Part shown: piece after piece, positions 1 to 11,170 of the stretch
How the letters are laid out: each line of letters opens with the position of its first letter
Numbering within the stretch: the stretch's first letter is position 1
Assembly: GCA_000388065.2 (NCBI GenBank)
Contig: KB932205.1
Length of the DNA: 38,350 bases
Reading direction: 5' to 3' (one strand)
DNA from: Fonticula alba ATCC 38817
Lineage: Eukaryota; Protista; Nucleariida
The notes under the pieces: generated by a model
The model's database searches: none
Seen by the model: only the letters and a program-made list of their open reading frames with translations
Told to the model about the DNA's origin: nothing
Position numbers and translations under genes: made by a program

Positions 1-92
1 GAGCGAATGCAAAGGAGCCAAAACGAGGAAAGGGAGAAAAGCACAGAAAGAGGCAAGGAGAGAGGGAGGGGGAGGGGGGAGAGCGTGCGTAC

Positions 93-1574
93 CATCAGAA
101 GCAGCAACGAAGGCCTGGCCATTGGCCAGAAGAGTAGGAACGGTGACCGCACGCTCCAAATCGTCTGAACGAGGGGGTCGGGCGACAAAGCGAGAGGAAA
201 AGGGCAGGCAGACCGACCGACGGAGAGGGGGAAAGGGAAAAGGTCAGACAAACGCCGGTGCCAAAAAAGAAGAAGAGGAAGAAGAAGAGGAAGAAGAAGA
301 GGAAGAAGAAGAGGAGGAGGAGCAGAGAGACATCCGGGACACATACCCTGAGCATCGATCTCCAGGAAGTGCCGCCAGGCGACATTGCCCGAGGTGAGGT
401 CCACGCCGACGGCGCGATCGGCCCAGAGGAGAGCCACGGCCGAGGTCCCAGGGATCAGCCGCATCGACACAAAGCCGAAGGGGGTGGCCCCGGTGGCCAG
501 GGAGGAGTGCGTGCTGGAGGCGGTGCTGGTGAGGTCCTCGGCCGGGGTGCTGGGCCCGGTGGCCCCGGCGAAGACCGTGGCCAGCGACTGCTCCCACAGG
601 ACGGCACCGGTGGACGCATTGATGGCGATCAGCACGTGCCCTAGCCGGGCGACGACCGCCGCCGCATGGGCCTCCCCCTGGCCATCGGGCCCGGGGATCG
701 GGCACATCGGCACATCGACCAGCACCGAGGGCACGCGGACGATCCCCTCCAGCGAGGAGAGGGCGCCAGACCGGGCCAGCGGCTGGGACGACGTCACGGT
801 CCAGAGGATGTCGAAGACACAGGACCCGCGAGCCGGGCGGATGCCGATCTTCATGACGCGATTGTCGAAGGCTGTGTCGGCCCAGCAGGGGGCGCAAGAA
901 GGGGAGGGGGGGGGGGAAAGCCGAGGGGATGGTTTGTCGTTTGTTCGCGAGCACGTGGTAGGAAGGGCAGGGGAGGTGTTAGCTGGGCGGGAAAGGGGGG
1001 GGGGAGAGAGAGAGAGACAGAGGCCGAGGACGGGGACGAGGCCCAGCAGGAGGACACCGGAAGACCGGGGGATAGGAGCATGCACGAACCGACATAGATG
1101 CCATTGTCAGCGGCCTTGAGCAGAGCCAGGCGATCGAAGGGGAGCTCCACCGGCGGCGGAGGGGTCGGCTTGGCCGGAGTCGGGGGCTGGGACTGGGCGG
1201 CCTTTTCGGCGGCCTGGGCCTCAGCGGCCGAGGCAGCGGCAACGGCATCGGCCGCCGGGGCAGCGGCCGCCGCGGCCGCGGCCGCGGCCGCGGCCGCAGC
1301 CGCAGCCGCCTTCTTGGCCTTCTTGGCCTCGGAAACGAAGCTGCAGACCAGCTTGTGGCTTGACCAGGCAGCGCGCTGGCACACCGGCGAGCAATAGTGC
1401 ACCATGTGACAGGCACACAGGTACTTGGGGTTGCGCCCGTCACAGTGGCCGCACTTGCGCTCGGCCGGCGACGTGGGGGCCGTCTCGCCGGAGGGGGACA
1501 CGGTGTCGGTGCCGACCGGCGAGCTGGCCCCGGCGTCAGTGTTCACCACCACCGGCGTCGTGGCGGCGGTAGCA

Positions 1575-1606
<32 letters not shown>

Positions 1607-3162
1607 CGCAGCCTCAGCCTCGGCCTCGGCCTCAGCACGGGCCTTGGCCTCGGCCTCGGCTTGGGCGGCGGCGGCAGCGGCGGCGGCAGCAGCAGCCTCG
1701 GCCTTGGCCTTGGCCGCAGCCTCGGCCTTAGCCTGGGCAGCGGCAGCCGCCTCGGCTTCGGCCTTGGCCTGTGCGCGAGCGGCCGCCTCAGCCTCGGCCT
1801 TCTCCTTGGCGCGAGCAGCGGCAGCGGCATCGGCCTCGGCCTGGGCCTTAGCCTTGGCGGCGGCGGCGGCGGCGGCATCGGCCTCGGCCTGCGCGCGGAT
1901 GGCCGCCTCGGCCTCGGCCTTGGCCCGGGCAGCGGCCTCCTCCTTGGCACGAGCGGCCTCGGCTTCCTCCTGGGCACGGGCAGCGGCGGCCGCGGCCTGG
2001 GCCTTAGCCGCTGCGGCATCGGCCTCAGCCTGGGCCTTGGCCTTGGCGGCGGCCTCGGCCTCGGCCTTAGCTCGGGCAGCGGCGGCGGCGGTCTCGGCCT
2101 CCAGGATGCCGGCCTTGCTGGCAGCCTCGGCCTCGGCCTTGGCCTTGGCGGCGGCCACCTTCTCGGCGTTCTCCTTGCGGAAGACACAGGTCTTCTTGTG
2201 GGCGGGCCAGTCGCTCTTCTGGCACTCCGGGCTGCAGTACATGACAGAGGGCCCGCAAGCCTGGCAGTGGTAGATGGCCTCATTGCCGCAGACGCAGCAG
2301 ACCGACGGCGACTCGTCGTCATCCTCCTGGTCATCGTCCCCCTCGATGTCGATGTCCTCATTGACGCCGGAGGAGGAGGACTCGGCCACGGATGGGGCCT
2401 TGACTGCCTGAGTTGCGACCTCCTCGGCGGTCGGGCTGTCGGGGCGATTGGCGCCACCCTGTGGGAGTGAAAGCAAGAGGAGGGGGGCAAGCGGAGAAAG
2501 AGAGGAAGAGGGAAGGGGAGGGGGGAGAGAGAGAGAGAGGGAAGCAGAGGCAGAGGAAGAGATGCATCGGCAGAGGGAGAGAGAGAGAGAGAGACCAGAA
2601 AGAAGGGGGGATTGACTTAAGGTCAGTAACATGTGTACCCAGGCAGGGGCCCAGGCGGGGAGATCTAGGGAGAGGGAGGGAGGAGAGCCGATGCAGGGGC
2701 ATACCTTGATCACGAGCAGCTTGACGGATTGCTGGTCGGCCAGAATGGCCAACACGTCGTCGTGAACCGTGCCGACGATGGAGCTGTCATTAATCTCGAT
2801 GATTTCATCGCCCGGGGCCAAGCCCACCTTGGTGGCATTGCTGCCGGGGGACATACGGGTGATGGTGGTGCGGCCCTTGCGACAAGTGCGGATGCTGATG
2901 CCGAACCCGCCGCCCGGCGTGCGGGACAGGATGCACGAGTGCCGATCGAAGGGCTGCAGGATGTCCGACGGGACAGAGTCGGCATTCGGGTCGTACACCT
3001 CCAGCTTGCCGCGGTCGGCATGGACAATGTGCCTGTGTGCACATGTTCAAGATCAAAGGGCGACGAGGGCGACACCCGGCAGGGCGATGGGTCAGACCGG
3101 TCGAACACGGGCATGCACAAGGGGCACGTAGCATGAGGGCGAAGGGGGTAGGCGGGCGGGCG

Positions 3163-3194
<32 letters not shown>

Positions 3195-3644
3195 CTACAC
3201 ATGCGCATGCAAAATAAATGCCGCCCCGGGAGAGCGCACGCACCGGAAGTCGGTCGGCAGGCCGATGGTCTTGCGATCGATCTTCTTCTTCTTGGAGTCC
3301 TTTTCACGCAGGGTGTCCTTGCGCAGGAGCGACGAGAAGCCACCCTTGCGGGCCTTCTCCACGGGCGGGGGGAGATCATCCGAGGAGGAGGTCGACACAG
3401 CGGCCACCGGGTCGGCCACATCGTCATCTGGGATCACCGAGTCCGGGGGGATCATGTCCGGGCTGACAGGGGGAGACCCGGCTCCGGTGGCGGATGCCGG
3501 CGGCCGGGGGGGCGGGGCCGACGTCGGCCCGGCCGGCACGTCGCCCTTCTTCGAGCGCGACATACGCCGGCTCAGCGACCGGAAGAGGGTCGGGCCGCCG
3601 GGGCTGGCGCTGGGGTCCGAGGGGGGACCCGAGGCGGAGGACAT
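93..3644 (-). CDS. Multidomain protein: polybasic+CRIB, PDZ, MYND zinc finger, long Ala/Glu/Lys helix, second MYND, PQQ-like beta-propeller repeats (3' end beyond window start)
   Basis: Exons 3644-3244, 3032-2705, 2458-1090, 871-347 and 164-93 all have GT..AG introns with consistent phases (2,0,1,1). Spliced motifs: IGLPTDFR|HIVHAD (CRIB); GGGFGISI...GLAPGDEIIEIND (PDZ); CCVCGNEAIYHCQAC..YCSPECQKSDWPAHKKTC and CGHC..CAC..YCSPVCQRAAWSSHKLVC (MYND); LIAINASTGAVLWEQ and VGVDLTSGNVAWRH (PQQ-like). Confidence 0.85.
269..322 (+). repeat. (GAA/GAG)n purine triplet repeat in intron 165-346 of the CRIB-PDZ gene
   Basis: Direct reading: gaagaagag tandem units; forms a pyrimidine tract on the coding strand. 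Confidence 0.9.
1565..2165 (-). repeat. Ala/Glu/Lys-rich coding low-complexity repeat (AKAKAEAEAAA-like) between the two MYND fingers
   Basis: gcc/gag/aag codon repeats; about 200 aa with no Pro and almost no Gly. Confidence 0.85.
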
Positions 3645-4667
3645 GGCTGCGGGGCGCAAGCGGTTAGACCGGCAGGCGTGCCAGGAGGGCTGATGAGGAG
3701 CGAGCGGGGCGCGAGGCGCAAGGGAGGCACCAGGGAACGGTGCGAAGGCAATGGTGTGCGCACCTGGCGTGTGGGGTCAGCCGGCTGCGGGATGGACGCA
3801 GGGTCGAGCCGGATGAGGAGGGCTGGGACGGGCTGGGAGGGAGGAGGAGGGAAGGGAGTGTGTGTGGGGGGGGGGAGGGGGGGGCGAGGGAGGGGAGGAG
3901 GGTGGATAGGAGAAAATGCGCCTCAATCTCGCGTGCGACGGAGGGGTGCTTTCAGCTGCAAGTGCATGGAGATTGGCGCCAGCCAGTGGGTCAGTCCAGG
4001 GAGGGGAGAGAGAGAGAGGGGGGGGGGAGGGAGCGAGCGAGCGAGCAAATCGGCCAGACGAAGGCACAGGGCGGGGGACGGTGGGGAGGAAGGTACGTTT
4101 GAGGAAGCCGAGGACTGGCGAGTGGAGGGCGGGCTGCGGGGGGAAAGCGAGAAAAGGAGCGAGGAAACGGAGAGGAGGAGAGGGGGGGATGCTCGGATGC
4201 CCCGGTCGGAGCCTGGGCACAATGGCGCCCGATGGGTCATCACCGTGACGTGGCCAGACGAAGCAGAGACCTGCCCAGAGTGAAGGAAAGCGTAGACCCC
4301 GCTCAAGGGGGGCCGGCCCCGAACGGGGCGACGCGGGAGGCCCTCGCGCACCGGGGATCAGCCATCAGCCCTGGACTGAGGAGCCGGAACAAGCGGGGAG
4401 ACTGACCGCGGCCAATCCTCCATGTCTGTACTCGGCAAATATATCGAACACCCTCCCCCCCCCCCCTGCACCCCACAGGCGCGCGCGCGCGCGCGGGAAG
4501 CGGCAGGCAGCCCGCTTTTTTGGCCGCCAGGGGGCCGGGCCGACCACACATTTGGTCAAGCTGATCACCTTTCACTTTTCGGTGCGCACGCGCGCGCATC
4601 GGCGTGAAGACGGGCACACGGACCGCGTCCCCAAGCGCCCCCCCCCCCCCCGCACGCGCACGCGCAC

Positions 4668-4677
4668 NNNNNNNNNN
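4668..4677. other. Assembly gap (10 N)
   Basis: N run. Confidence 1.
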
Positions 4678-5932
4678 CGCACGCCACACCGTGCTGTGGC
4701 GTCCCCCTGGAAGGGTGTGTCCATCACCCCCCCCCCGGCTCTGGGCCCCCGACCGCCGGCCCCCCTGCCCCCGTCCCCCGCCTCCCTCCCCGCCCGTCCG
4801 TCCAGAGGACTCAGCTTGGAAACCATCGGTGGGCCTGCTAGGCTGCAGCGGCGGCCGCGGCCGCGGCCGTGGCGGCGAAGGTGGCCGGGGGAACTCGATC
4901 CGTAGGTCTGCGCGTGTATAGAGCTCTCCCTCTGCGAGCAGGGCGCCGGGTCTCCTCCCCGGGCGGGGAGGTTCGTAGAGGCGGAGAGACGCAGGCACCT
5001 GTCTGGCCGGCCCGCGCTCTCGGCTCCGTCCATTGCGGCGCCCGTGAGACCGGCCTGGCCCCCGTTCCCCCCCCCCCCCTGCCCCCGGCAAAGAATGGCC
5101 TGGCGTCCGCCGGTGCCAGTTCACGCCGGCTCCCTCGGGGGCGTCGTGGTCCGAACAGATCGCCTCCACGCCGGTTGCAGCTTGCCTGGGCGTCCCCCCG
5201 GGCTGGGGCATCCCGCTGATCAGTCGGTCGGCCAGGGGAGGTCGGGGGGGGGGGGGGGGGCGAGGGGGCGGGGTCGACCAGGGGAAGGCACCACCATGCA
5301 TAATAGACGCATGTGTGCGCGCCCCCACCCAGGAGAGAGGGAGAAAGGCAGACAGATAGAGAGACCAAGGGGGCGACAAAGGCAGGGACACAGAAAGGCA
5401 GCGAGGGCTTGAGAGACGGAGAGGGAGAAAGACAGAGCGAGAGAGCGAGCGAGGGGGCGCGCGAGGGCGGACAGACACCCGGGCGACCAAGCGCCCCGGC
5501 GGCCTCCGGGCGACAAACGCGCATGAGAGAGCGCGCCCGCGGCCCCCTGGGCCGAGTCCGACAAGCTGATTCGGGCCCCGAAAGGCGGCTGCCAGCCCGT
5601 TGTCCGCCCTCACCACCACGCTGCGGGGCTGATTGCCCTGCCCCTGTGAGGCTCATTTAGGCCTTCCTGCAAACCAGCCCCACCCGACTGCAAGGGCCGA
5701 TGTTGGCCCCCAACCCGGGGGGGGGGGGGGGGGGGCAGGTCCGGCACACGGGCTGATGCGAGCGGAACATGCGCCCCAGGACCATATTACCCACCTGCTC
5801 GCATATATTGAGAACTCACCATGGGGGATTTCGCGCGCGCGCCCGCGCGCGTCCGGGCCACGGGCCAGATAGCCCCCCTCCCCGGGGGAGAAGAGGGGGC
5901 GCGAGGAACACCATCGCGCAGGAAATGCTCAT

Positions 5933-5933
<1 letters not shown>

Positions 5934-5972
<39 letters not shown>
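5934..5972 (+). repeat. (CGCA)n tetranucleotide microsatellite
   Basis: Direct reading. Confidence 0.9.
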
Positions 5973-7480
5973 CGGCCCGTCCGAGAGCAAGAGAGAGAGA
6001 AAGAGGGTGAGGGAGAGACAGAAATAAGGGGGGGCCGGGGCAAGCACAGGCACAGGAACCGAAGGAAGCAAGCAGGCACCCCTCCATGGCTCCCAGGAAA
6101 GCCCCTCGCCGTCGACGAGATGGCAGCCATGTGCCGCAAATCCCGCCCCCTCCCCAGCGAGAGAGTGGGAGGGCGCCAGAGAGGACCGGGGGCGTGGGGG
6201 ACGCGCCAGCCGCGCGGGCCGAAACGCGACACCCCACGGAGGGCGAGGAGGTTGTCGGTGTGCCCAGGCGCCCACGGCGCCCGGGCCCACCATGCATCTG
6301 CCAGGGTCCCCCGGGCGGCGCGGCCCCCGGGGCGGCGGGTGCGGCGCGGACCTCCGTCGTTTCTGCTGGCCGCTGACGGCCGGACCCGAGCCGGCGGGGG
6401 GCAACAGGCGCCGAGCGCCGGGGGCGCCAGGCAAACAACAGTGGGCAATTCTCCCATCCCTCGTGCGAAGGAATGCGCAGCCCCGGCCACGGGCGAGCGC
6501 CCTCGCCCGCCACGCAAAAGACCCCCCCACCCCTTCTCTTCTCGTGCCGCGGAGGCACGAGAGCGCGCCCCCCGCCCCCCGCCCCCCGCCCCCCCAACCG
6601 TGTCCCGGGCGCCGCCGTGCCTCCGACCGGCCGAGTGAGAAAGACCAGCCCGCGACCGCCCCCCACAATAGCGGTGGGCCTACGCCGGGATATGACTGTT
6701 TGGCCGCGCCGCGCCCGGAGGGCCTCGCCTATGTTTGTGGGGCATTATTTCCGGCCAAGCTTCCGCCGGGCTGCACCGTGACACGGCCGCGACTTCCGTA
6801 TGGGAGGGCGGGGGGGCAGGGGGGCCGGTCGCGCGCGCGCGCGCGCGCCTAGAAGACCCTGGGGGCGCCGGTGGCCAGTCTGTCCGGGGTGCGGCCCCCC
6901 CGCCCCCCCCTTCCCCGTCCTGCGTCCTCCCCGGTGACGAGGCGAAGGCGGGCAAGCTGGCTCCCGCCTTCCTTGACAATCCGCCCGGGGTCTGGGTTCC
7001 GACAGACGGGCACCAGCCTCTCTCTCTTGGTCGGCACGTCGCTCCAATGCCCTCTGGCTCTCTTTCTCTCTCTCTCTCTCCCTCTCCATGATCCACGGCC
7101 AGCCCCCAGCATCCTCGGAGGAGGGAGTCGGGGGGGGGGGGGGGGGGGGGGGGCACAACTCGCAGACAGCCCGGCCACGCACCTGCAGAGGCGCTGCCCG
7201 GCAGGACCGCCAGCCCGCCGGAAAGACGAAGCCCGCCGGCGTGCCCTTTCAGAAGCCCAGGCGGCTCCAAGCCCCAGGGGGATGGCCCCCCGAACCCCGA
7301 GGGGCGACGCGGGGCTCTCAGCGTGCGGGAGCTACTCAGGAATTCGCGCGCCCCGGGCCGTGAAGTGCTCCGCCGCGGCCGACAGGCGCGCCGTGAACAC
7401 CCGAGCGGGTCCCCCCGCGACGCGCCGGTAGCGCAATCTCGACCAGCACCACGACCAACACCAGAGACAGCCAAGCACCC

Positions 7481-7840
7481 NNNNNNNNNNNNNNNNNNNN
7501 NNNNNNNNNNNNNNNNNNNNNNNNNNNNNNNNNNNNNNNNNNNNNNNNNNNNNNNNNNNNNNNNNNNNNNNNNNNNNNNNNNNNNNNNNNNNNNNNNNNN
7601 NNNNNNNNNNNNNNNNNNNNNNNNNNNNNNNNNNNNNNNNNNNNNNNNNNNNNNNNNNNNNNNNNNNNNNNNNNNNNNNNNNNNNNNNNNNNNNNNNNNN
7701 NNNNNNNNNNNNNNNNNNNNNNNNNNNNNNNNNNNNNNNNNNNNNNNNNNNNNNNNNNNNNNNNNNNNNNNNNNNNNNNNNNNNNNNNNNNNNNNNNNNN
7801 NNNNNNNNNNNNNNNNNNNNNNNNNNNNNNNNNNNNNNNN
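7481..7840. other. Assembly gap (360 N)
   Basis: N run. Confidence 1.
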
Positions 7841-8194
7841 CACACACCCGGGGCCCCGGCATCAGAGCGCCCGGGCGTGCTCCCGTCAATGTCTCTCGGC
7901 GTGTGTGAGGTCACGTGTATGATGCGTGCACCCACATCACATGCAAATGGTGTGCACGCCGCACTGTGGTGTATTGGCGGGCGAGGGTGCGATCGGGGTG
8001 CGCTTGGCCAGAGCGAACCGGCTATCGAGGCGGGAAACCCAGCGAGAGGGCGAGGGGAGAGGGGGGAAGCACAAATGCAGATGCAACGGCACACCCTGTC
8101 ACCGTTCCCTGTCTCCGTCGGTCCGGCCCCTGGTAAACACCCCATCCTCCAGTCTGCCCCCTTCTCTGTCGCCTCCCTGGTGAAGAGCAGAAGA

Positions 8195-8226
<32 letters not shown>

Positions 8227-8329
8227 ACGCCGCCCCCCGCCACCCCGCGCAAGGACGCCCCCCCCGGGGGGGGGGGGGGGGGAAGGGCGAGAGGACCGGC
8301 TTCGCTCTGCGTGTGATCGCACCCATCAT

Positions 8330-9975
8330 TTAAGCAGAGGTGGGCTCCTTGGCCAGCTCGGCCTTAATCTGCTCCTCCATGTCCATGGGATCCGAGCGGG
8401 GACCGACACTGGAAGTGGGATGCAACGGCAGGGGGAGAGGCGGGGGTGAGGGGGGGGGGGATTTTCCACATGGCAGCCAGAGGGGGAGAGAAGGTACGAA
8501 GGAAGAGAAGAGAAAGAGCGAAGCAAGGCGAAGGGCGACCCCATTCGCGGCACGCGCGGCATCACACCAGCAGGAGAGTGGCATTGTGTCAGGCAAACCG
8601 CAGACATGCACTGAAGAGGGGGCCGGCAAATGGACAAGGTGATTGAGGAGGGGGGGGGGGCGCATGTGCCCCCCCTCCTTTGCGCAGTCACATACCGGGA
8701 GACAACCTGGCCATCGCGATTGATGATGAACTTCTCGAAGTTCCAGGAGATGGGCCCCGAGTCCTCGGACTGGGCCTTAAGCCAGGTGTACAGGGGGAGG
8801 GCCTCCGGGCCATTGACGTTGATCTTGGAGAACACCGGGAAGGTGACGCCGTAGTTCAGCGAGCAGAAGGATTGGATCTCCTCGTCGGTGCCGGGCTCCT
8901 GGTAGAGGAACTGGTTGCAGGGGAAGCCAAGGATGACAAGACCTGTGCCGCCACATGGAGAGCGGGGGGGGGGGGGGGGGNNNNNNNNNNNNNNNNNNNN
9001 NNNNNNNNNNNNNNNNNNNNNNNNNNNNNNNNNNNNNNNNNNNNNNNNNNNNNNNNNNNNNNNNNNNNNNNNNNNNNNNNNNNNNNNNNNNNNNNNNNNN
9101 NNNNNNNNNNNNNNNNNNNNNNNNNNNNNNNNNNNNNNNNNNNNNNNNNNNNNNNNNNNNNNNNNNNNNNNNNNNNNNNNNNNNNNNNNNNNNNNNNNNN
9201 NNNNNNNNNNNNNNNNNNNNNNNNNNNNNNNNNNNNNNNNNNNNNNNNNNNNNNNNNNNNNNNNNNNNNNNNNNNNNNNNNNNNNNNNNNNNNNNNNNNN
9301 NNNNNNNNNNNNNNNNNNNNNNNNNNNNNNNNNNNNNNNNNNNNNNNNNNNNNNNNNNNNNNNNNNNNNNNNNNNNNNNNNNNNNNNNNNNNNNNNNNNN
9401 NNNNNNNNNNNNNNNNNNNNNNNNNNNNNNNNNNNNNNNNNNNNNNNNNNGGGCGGACAAGGACGAGTTAGCACATTGCCGGCGGCCGCCGGGCGGACGA
9501 AGGGCCAAGCAGCAAGGCAGGGCGCACCGTCATCCTTGTACTTGGTGTACAGGGCCTGCAGGGCCTCATACTGCGGGGTGAGGCCGCACTTGCTGGCCAC
9601 ATTGACGATGACCACAACCTTGCCCTTGTACTCGGACAGGGGCAGGCTCTCGCCCGAGGCCGTGGTGACGGTGAAGTCGTGCAGGGAGTTCGCCTCGACC
9701 GGGGTGTCGGGGCCCGAACCGTGGATCATGCCGATGATGGAGCTGAACATGACGGCTGGCGCATGGCGAGGGCGCAGCAGCGGGGCCACACGCGATGGCC
9801 CGAGCGCAAGATGGTGGCCGGTGAAGGAGGAAAAGGCGCGCACGGCGGAGGCAGGCAGGGGATTAGTGGCAACCGGGGGGGGTGGCGGGCACGCGGCGCG
9901 CGGCAGGGCGGCCACAGCCAGACCGGTTGACCGGCGGGACAGGGCCCGGAGTGGCAGCACGCGACCGGGGAGCAT
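8330..9975 (-). CDS. GPX: Cys-type glutathione peroxidase / thioredoxin-dependent phospholipid-hydroperoxide peroxidase with N-terminal transit-peptide-like extension
   Basis: Exons 9975-9528, 8942-8696 and 8408-8330. Motifs [14 protein letters not shown] (TGC, not TGA), [27 protein letters not shown] and [10 protein letters not shown]. The gap at 8981-9450 lies in intron 1. Confidence 0.95.
8981..9450. other. Assembly gap (470 N) inside GPx intron 1
   Basis: N run. Confidence 1.
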
Positions 9976-10857
9976 TGTGGAGAGGAGGGGGGAGGGGAGG
10001 GGGAGAGAGAGGGAGAGAGAGAGGGAGAGGGAGTACCGGAGGTGGTGGCAAGAGAGGAGAGGTGAAGCTGGGGTGGTGGAAATGCGGCAAGGATTCGTCG
10101 TGCCGGATTGCTCAGATGCGCGGGATAGATATCCCTCCCCCGTTCCGATGAGGAGCCGGCGAATGCCCTCCACATATACATGCGACTGGGGGGGGGGGGG
10201 GGGGGCGCCTCTCGGAGTCCCGGGTGTAGAGGCTAGATGGGCGATGATGACAAAGCGGGCCGTCCCCCTCCCCCCAGCCCCCCCCCCTGACCGCATCTCC
10301 GGGGGCGGATGTTTGATCGGGACGCGGAGACACAGCGCGAAGTCGCGCGGGGGCCTGCGATCACCCAGAGAGGGAGATCATTTTGCCTCGTTGTCCCCCC
10401 CCACCCCACCCCACGTCTTTGAGGCCACTGAGATCAGAGGAGTGTGGAGAATGCCAGGAGCACAGATGAGAGACCGCGCCCAGCAAGAGTGTGAAAAGAG
10501 GCAGAGCATGGCCCCCCCTCTTCTGGCTCCCGCTCTTGTCTGTGCCACGGGCGGGCATGTCCAACCCGCGCGAACCCATGGGGGTGATCACACAGTGACG
10601 AGGGAGGGAGGGGGGGGGGCCTGTGGGCGCCCAGTTCGCCCACGGGTGGCAGCGCCATTCTTGAGTTGCATTCTGCCTTCGTTAGATAGGGTGCTGGTTT
10701 ATGAGATGGTCTATTCTGGACAGGCAGCCAGTGGGAGTACAGGGCAAGGGGGGCATCAGAGACAGGAGGGGATAAATATGCGTGCACCGGTGGATGTGCG
10801 TGGGCGTGTGTGCTCCCGTTCGACGGGTCCTGTGTGCCCTCCCTGCTGGAAGTACCG

Positions 10858-10888
<31 letters not shown>

Positions 10889-10922
10889 GCAGGAGGGGGA
10901 TGGGAGGGTGGAGAGAGGACAA

Positions 10923-11139
10923 TCACATCGATGCATGGTAGCCATTGATGAGGCTCATCACCTTGGCAGTGAAGGCCTCCAAATGAAAGATGGCCTTCGT
11001 CCCAGACTGGATGCGGTGGTCAAACTCCGCCGCTTCGAAGATGATGTCTTGCTGCAGGGGCTCCGGCGCCTTGGCCATCAGGCGCATGGCAAGGAACTGT
11101 ATGCAACCAGGGGGCAGGTCGAGAATGACGACAACAGGC

Positions 11140-11170
<31 letters not shown>

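Noticed and set aside
1397-2470. Plus-strand Gly/Leu-rich (357 aa) and Ala/Ser-rich (282 aa) ORFs
   Set aside because: Antisense of the Ala-rich exon of the CRIB-PDZ-MYND gene.
4185-4250. Minus-strand GTGATGA (box C-like) at about 4243-4237
   Set aside because: No CTGA box D within range, no terminal stem, and only a weak G-U-rich rRNA complementarity.
9570-9600. Selenocysteine GPx with SECIS
   Set aside because: The active-site codon is TGC (Cys), not TGA.
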